Positions 57,531 through 64,000 of a DNA stretch of 64,000 bases are shown here, piece after piece. The number at the start of each line of letters is the position of its first letter. Positions within the stretch are counted from its first letter, which is position 1. The translations under genes were made by a program, and so were the position numbers. The DNA comes from Chlorokybus atmophyticus (taxonomy: Eukaryota > Plantae > Mesostigma and Chlorokybus algae), in contig RHPI01002504.1 of assembly GCA_009103225.1 (NCBI GenBank), positions 124,001-188,000 on the forward strand, given 5' to 3'. The notes under the pieces are model-generated. The model was given only the letters and a program-made list of their open reading frames with translations. It was not told the origin of the DNA and searched no databases.

Positions 57531-58055
57531 CGTAACGGGAGCAATAGTAATAGGGGTATGATTTCCACAAAAATAACACATTTTGCATGAATAAGTATTT
57601 AAATATGCCTATTTATACCTCTTTTCTACGGCTCCTCGCTTACTCAAGGCTATGATGCTTTATCATAGCTTAAACAAGTCCCAATGGGTGTTGAACCGCT
57701 TATTCAAGCCTGTTTAGTGTCACATTTAATAAAATGTGATCACTATCTCGTTAGGTACCTTACGATAGGTATATTTCAGTAGGTTCCTTATCGATAGGTA
57801 CCTTATCTAAGCTGTGATTGGCTCACGCTAAATTTCCTAACTACCCTATTTGTAGTAGGGTCGATGTTTAATTGTGAGTTAATTATCGAGAGGTATATAT
57901 TTAATATACTCTTAATATTAAAGGTCACATTAAACTGATGTGACCTCATTTTCAGTTCTCTGCTCAGTGGCGGCCACGCCGCTGAAAGGCTTGTCATAGG
58001 CGGTGTGGGGGTAGAGGATTGAAGGGGCATCACAGGCGACGGTGGTGTTGTTACA
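57531..58055 (+). repeat. 3' LTR (525 bp)
   Basis: Begins CGTAACGGGAGC (first T changed to C), follows the PPT, and ends GTTGTTACA before the TSD. Confidence 0.93.
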
Positions 58056-59925
58056 GCCGCACAATAGTTGCGCGGGGCGAACACAAGCGACCAACTGTGA
58101 TTTAACAAAACACAAGTAAACGGGACTAGTGCCGTTATCATTAAACATTATCACCATGAATCAAACTGCAGGCCGTTATCGTTTTGTCGTTTTTCCGTTA
58201 GTAGTATATGTATAGACATAGTTATGCACGTTGTATACAATGATATGTTAATACCCAAATGGTTATGATAACGTTATGTGCTGAACTATCGAGTACATGC
58301 ATAACGTAACTACCACGTATATCTTAGCGTCGCAATATGGATCTTATTTTCATTTGTTTGCTTGGCAGCGGCGACGGCGGAACAACATTTCGCCGCAGCG
58401 AGAAGTTCTTGGCCACCATTTACAATCAAGTAAGCTGCGAGACTTTGAATATATCAAGATAGCGCACCCCATGGATAGCGTGACAGCTACATGTATATCT
58501 ATTTTGCCAATTGCATTCGAAGACAACATATTTTCATGGCAAACTCTGTGTCGCAATACATTTCAATGCATGTTATGCTGCTGTTGTTGCGGAAAAATAC
58601 AACTGGGCAGCGCTGGCACTCACTCTTTAGTCAAACCGTTTATGCCGTGTCCACCGTACGCATTGGCCAACATGTTCATGCAAACATCCATAAAGCGTAA
58701 TAGCAGATGGGCCATATGTAGCGCATGCAAGCGCAATCACTCCAGCAAGTCGCGATTGCTAAACACGATAAGTTGCACGCACTTCCGTCATGTACTTCGC
58801 GTAAAACCTTTGCATTTAATGCTGCTATCATTGCTGAACACAAAGTTGAGTCTACATAAAGAATATTCAAGCGTTGAGTACACTTATGGAAGCATTGATG
58901 TACATTCCGTTTTTGCAGGACCATTAGTTCAATGGGCTGATAACAAACTACGAGTTAACAACTAATCATCCGAATTGCATCATATTTTAGGCATGATGTT
59001 GGCTATGAATAAATATGTTCAGCGCTATCAGACGATCTTGGAACAACCGCAGTCTGATTTGGGAGGTAAAGTCCCCTGATTTGGGGATTGGCCGTTTTTG
59101 GGTGATATCAGGCGGCCTACTTAATCTTTCCCGGCCATATTATAGGGTGGGATAGCTCTTGTATAGACCTACCCAACGAACCCATAACCTCCTGCAACGG
59201 CTCAGTAAGGCGGAAGTCTTAAGTTTTCAAATAAGAGAATATTATTGTTCAAAACGGGGTGATGCTATCTCCAACTTTGACTGAACATAACTTTTGCATA
59301 TGTCAACCAATTTGGATGATTGTTTGTTTGCTGCGTTTCTATAGGAGCTTATTTCCAAAGTTTGATGCTATTCTACGCGGTTATGACAAAGTTACAAACT
59401 TCATAATTTTAGGGCAACGCGCAACGTTCTACCAAAGTGAGTAAGTTGTGGATATGGCCATTGTGGGTGTTGGAATGCCGTAGGAGGCCGTGTTTGGTGT
59501 TGTATTGTGTGCTGTGTTGCTACAAACTAGTCGAAGTTGAGTGCTGGGGTGTAGTTGAGGAGCACATTGGGGGGGGTTGTGGTATGCGAAGAGGGAGAGG
59601 GGGAGGAGGAGAGAGTTGCTGTGAGTTGTGCGTGTATAGACGGGCAAGGAGCAGACCAAGCAGTCACAGAGTAGTGCAGCTGCAGACTTGCATTGCCAAG
59701 TAGTTGTGCTACAAGCCAAGACTCTACCTCTGCAAGTATCTACGCTACCTCTACCTCTACTCTATGGTGCACAGCAACTCTGCCAGGGTGGGTGTATTGC
59801 AATGCTTAGCATGCTGATCGTCATTGTGGCCTTGCCACTCAGACCACCCTGTGCATCATCATGCTGGTGCACTGACTTGCAGCACTCAGGGCAAGCGTGT
59901 GAAGGCCAAGACACCCATAGCGCGC

Positions 59926-61930
59926 ATGAGGAAGAGGTTGCACAACAACTACATCGACATGGTTGAAGAGATCCAGCGCGCAGTGGCTAGCATCAAGCAA
60001 GGCTGCATGAATGTTAGTGATGCAGTGAAGGAGCTTGGAATACCAGATCACAACCATGTGGAGGTTTGTTGCCAAGCCAGACTCCCTCCCCACATACAAG
60101 TAAGTTGCTAACCTACAAAGCCTGGTGTGCACTGTTAGTCAAGTGAGTAGGTCTAGGCATTAACTCATGTGCATGCTGCGTAGGTTTGCAGGTGCGCCCA
60201 TTATATTCACTAACACTAAGTAGGAAGACTTAGCAGAGTTTGTGCGTGCACGCAATAAATGGGGTCGTGGCATGACATGGACGGAAATTTGCATTGAGGG
60301 TGGGAAAAGACTTGTTGGTGATGAGAGAGCTAAGCTATTTAAGGGAGGAGTATCTGGCAAGCGGTGGTTTGAGGGCTTCAAGAGAAGAAAGTGCCTGGTC
60401 ACCAAAAAAGCGGAACCCCTGGACAAGTCCCACAGAGTATCTCTCTCCAAGCCTGTTGTATACTACTACTTTGAGATGCTTGCGAAGACGGTCAAGAAGT
60501 TGGGTGTGGGACTAGAGAGGATCATATCCGCTGATGAAGTGGGTATTGAGCCTGATACGAGCATGCAGAACCAAAGGATCATTTGCGAAAGGTACACACA
60601 TGTTACAAGTCACACGCACGCACATGCATGCACACATTGTTACAAATCACAACTACACCTGCCCACACATGCACAGACATGCATGCATACTTTGTTACAA
60701 GTCACACGCACACATACACCCACATGCACATGTTGCAATCATTGAACCATGATTGACCACATCTAACAAGCTGACCTGTTTGCAATGGGGCAAAGTGGGC
60801 GCTGGCTACCACCACTGGCAGCCGCGAGCACATCATCCTTATGTGCGCCGTTATTGGAGCTGGCCTCGCAGTTCCCCCTCTTGTCATTATCAAGGGGCGA
60901 CGCTTAACAGTGGATGCCAAGGGCGTTGATGTACATGGAGCAAGGTTTGCAGCCTAAGAAAACGCTTGGATGATCACGGACATCTTTGAGATCTGGATCA
61001 AAAGCTGGCGGAGTGGATCCCGGGAGGAGTGAGCCCTACCAATCCTGCTGTTAGTGGTGGACGGACATGTGAGCAGATACAATGCCAAGATGATCCGCTA
61101 TGCCCAAGACAAGGGCCTTCACATCCTCGTCCTTCCACCCCACACCACGCCTGCAAGTGCTGGATGTATCTTGTTTCCACCCGTTTAAGGAAGCATACGG
61201 GAAGGAGTATAGACTGCGCCAGGAGACTAGATACAACTTTGAAGCAAAGAGTTCCTGCGGCTGCTTGTGAAGCCTTACTACGTAGGCCTCTCTCCTGCCA
61301 TCACCATTGCGGGCTTCCGAGCATGTGGGCTTTGGCCACTCAACATGCACGCGCTCAACGAAGTACTTCACAGATGCCCCCCCTCCTCCTTCTGGCCTGT
61401 CCAGCCTGCTGGATGCCATGGAGAAGGGTGATGAGCCAGAGAACAGCAGCAGCAATGCGCACAACACCAACAACAATGCGGACAACAGCAACAACAACAA
61501 CATTGCAGGAGTTGGTGCCATAAACACTGAGGCAACAACCAAACGCAAGAGCGGCTTGAAGACCTCGCAGTTGCCTACGAGCGACAAAATAGTTGAAGGC
61601 TTGGAAAGGCAAGATGCAGAAAAAAGGCAGAGAAAGAGAGAGCAGTCCAAGCACGCAAGGAAGCAGCCTAGACATGCAAAGAAGAGGCAGCAAAGGCACA
61701 AGCAGCAATTGCAAAACGTGTGCAACCCAAGAAGAAGCCGGCAGCCCTTAAGAAGATGCTTTTTTTTTAGAGAGAAGGCTGCGAAGAAGCAAGCCAAGCT
61801 TGATGCTGAGAGAAAAAGACAACAGCAAAAGCAGCAGGCGCAGCAGGAAGCACAGCAAGCACAACAGGCTGAGAGGGAGGCAAGGGAGATAACAGCAAGA
61901 GAGGCAACAGAACTGATTATCACCGGTAAT
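59926..61930 (+). pseudogene. pogo/Fot1-like (DDE_1) transposase relic with psq-type HTH and CENP-B-type HTH; contains probable introns
   Basis: EEIQRAVASIKQG.MNVSDAVKELGIP; G.RWFEGFKRR; ISADEVG; REHI..MCAV.GAG.AVPPLVIIKG; W(M)I..IFE.W; LLVVDGH; ILVLPPHTT; QVLDVSCFHPFK. An in-frame TAA near 60955 and frameshifts break it. No TIRs found. Confidence 0.85.
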
Positions 61931-62371
61931 TATGAGACCCCCGAATTTTTGAAAATTCATGGCAAACGCACTGAATATTCGTTGGATTTACCGTTTCAGC
62001 TTTTTATCGAGTGAATATTCAAGTGTTTTCGCACATTTTGTGCAATCCCTGCCAAAACGAAATCGCGACATTCACCTATAAATCGCGTGAATATCCACAC
62101 GATAAATCAATGCCACCTTTTAAAACCCATATACCTCGTATATTCAATTGAAATCGATTGAATGTTCAAGGCATGCAATTGTGAATGGACACATCATGTG
62201 CTCTGCTAAATATTCAGCTATACATTGCCTGAACATTCATGAAGGGGCATAAGCTTGTCGCTATAACAGACAGCTTAAACTCACCAAGTCCCAACTGCCC
62301 ATGAATAATCAATTGATTAGCTTGTCACACATGTATATTCATAACCTTCATCAGTTTCATGCCACAGATGT

Positions 62372-62560
62372 GAGTGAACATTCAACACCAATCTGAAACT
62401 ACGCAATACGATTCACACTAAGTCCTAGCTTTGAGTGAATTTTCAACACCATTCCAAAATCAAGCAATACGTTTTGCACTAACTCCTAGCTGTGAGTGAA
62501 TATTCAACCCCACACGAAATAAACATATACTCTCATTTTGGCCAAGTCCCGAATGTGATT
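62372..62560. repeat. Three degenerate 61-bp tandem units headed by GAGTGAA(T/C)(A/T)TTCAAC
   Basis: Unit starts at 62372, 62433 and 62494; isolated motif copies at 62009 and ~62085. Confidence 0.75.
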
Positions 62561-62718
62561 GAAAACCAAGTAGATTGCACTGCTAATTCCAATATACAGT
62601 CTAGTATATGTCAAAGCCAGAGTTGCTCAGCAATTCTACACAGCTGGTTTGAGTTGATGGTGGGGGACAGCTCTGATATGGACTACAGCATTGCTATGCT
62701 ACACACCACCTGCTACTA

Positions 62719-64000
62719 CTAGCTCAACTCATGTCTTTGCTGTGCTAGCATACTGTCCATGAGTGTTCGCAATCGTCTTCTCAACCTGTCTGCCACTTGA
62801 GGATGAAACCAACTCCTTTGCATCTGCACACAACCACACAGCAATAACATGTGGTTACTAAGCACGTGTCGGCCTACACGACAGTGCCATTGAAGCACCT
62901 TCCACTTGTAAACATTGCAGTGCACATGCATGAACTGTACCTGTTGAAATATCCGTGCGTTTGGGTCAATTGGACCAGCTTGTACCCCATCTATAAACTT
63001 GTCAAGATAAAGCATGACAAACAACCCGCACGCAACTCCATCCTTCTGCTGAGGGACCTGCACAAACATGTGTCAATGCTTGCAAACCAAATGCATGTGC
63101 ATGCATCCAATCAGTGCTTGTGACAGAATGCATGCAAACTCATCACTAGTGCAATGCAACGTGTGCTACCTGTGGTACAAGAAGCTGTACGTTTTCGGGA
63201 GAGAAGCGTCGTTGTGAGTCACTTCCATGCTTTCTGCCCCACATGTAGTCAAGGTAAGCGCGCATAGGTCCATCAACGTTGCGATGCAGGCCAAGGGAGT
63301 CGAGATGGACGAGTAAAGGCGGCGTGTCACTTCCAAGTTGGCCTCCAGGATTGCACACAAGCAGCAGACTCCAGTGAGTCCTGTGAACAATCAAAATAAT
63401 TCCAGTTTGCAAATACAGCAGCAATTCAGCAAGATATTCTTGGCGCTTATTCTCACCGCGTGTCTGGGTTGACAATCACTCCCAGCAAGTCCTTGGCAAA
63501 CGGATCACTCTCCCACCTGTCTATCCTGTGATTGCTCGTGTGCCAGTCATTTTGTCTATGGCAGCGCACGATCTTGGTGTAGAAATGCGGGTGGAACAGC
63601 TTCACCTGAATGCCATCTGCTCTGCCTAAGATTTCCTCTTCCTTGTATCTGCATGTGCATCCCACGTACATATGAGATACACGAATAACACAGACGCAAC
63701 AAATCACATACCTGCAAAAGAAGTGGAGGATGGTGTCATTGAGCTCTTGTCTGCCATCCAGCAACCTCCTGTCCGTTTCAAGCACTGGCACCGCATCACG
63801 TGCACTTGCACTAGGGTAAATGAACAGTGGCTGCGGTGTTGACGGCTGCGGGTTGCTGACTGGATCGTCCAGCACCATGATATCATCATCGCTGCCCACG
63901 AGGTCCACAACTGCCGCAGCCGTCGTGGGTTGCTGATTACAGCCCTCTTCGTCTTCATCGTCAACTTCCATCGTGACTGCCTCTGCAGCCATAAATGGTT
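62719..64000 (-). CDS. Ulp1/C48 SUMO-protease-family protein, 3' part only (5' end lies beyond the window)
   Basis: YPS...DAV.V...D...L.....LNDTILHFF.RY, LFHPHFYTKI, spliced NPDTRTHWSLLLVCNPG (His), LLVHLDSL (Asp), VPQQKDGVACGLFVMLY (Gln/Cys). GT-AG introns restore frame; TAG at 62719. Confidence 0.88.

Larger units (their letters stand above)
51100..58055 (+). mobile_element. Full-length but decayed Ty3/gypsy chromovirus-type LTR retrotransposon
   Basis: 5' LTR 51100-51640 (TGTAAC...GTTACA) and 3' LTR 57531-58055. TSD GCCGC at 51095-51099 and 58056-58060. PBS-like TGGTATCCAGAAGC right after the 5' LTR; PPT ATGGGGGGAA at 57521-57530. Domain order gag-PR-RT-RH-IN-chromodomain. Confidence 0.96.

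Noticed and set aside
61051-61923. 290-aa Cys/Leu/Phe-rich minus-strand ORF
   Set aside because: It is the antisense shadow of the Lys/Arg/Gln-rich plus-strand tail of the transposase relic.
62372-62560. CRISPR-like array (also considered for 25984-26103 and 3060-3790)
   Set aside because: Whole units are homologous with no unique spacers, the context is eukaryotic, and there are no cas genes.
59926-64000. Ulp1 protease as cargo of the pogo-like element
   Set aside because: The Ulp1 gene looks intact while the transposase is decayed, they are convergent, and no enclosing TIRs are visible. The gene's 5' side lies outside the window, so this cannot be fully excluded.

Overview
Eukaryotic nuclear DNA from a green-lineage organism, probably a green alga. 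Plant-type CK2-beta, MTB and telo-boxes hint at a streptophyte alga (inference). It uses the standard genetic code and short GT-AG introns, many with CA/TG-rich tracts. Positions 1-5.2 kb are an AT-rich degraded mobile island: a frameshifted Pif1-type helicase, a GIY-YIG nuclease, tandem repeats and a palindrome array. Positions 6-44.7 kb are a dense block of host genes: GST2N-like, PSF2, RPB3, CK2-beta, TIC236, PWP1, an 11-exon RFTS+PB1 gene, an orphan gene, MTB/METTL14 and an ERD2-like gene. Eight of them sit in four head-to-head pairs. Positions 46-62.6 kb are transposon-rich: a 514-bp TRIM with TSD, a full-length decayed chromovirus (Ty3/gypsy) with LTRs, TSD, PBS, PPT and chromodomain, and a pogo/Fot1-type transposase relic. 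A Ulp1/C48 protease gene runs off the right end. There are three best leads. (1) A predicted ~975-aa protein joins an LPDGG (Gdown1/TTF2-like) motif, a DNMT1-RFTS-like domain and a C-terminal PB1 domain, with no methyltransferase domain. (2) A miniature LTR element has a tRNA-type A-box/B-box across its LTR/leader junction and shares its LTR start and PPT with the nearby chromovirus. (3) A possible Dam-like adenine-methyltransferase relic lies between gag and protease in that chromovirus. All domain calls are by eye from motif memory; no database searches were run. Two N bases (32443, 33457) mark assembly gaps.
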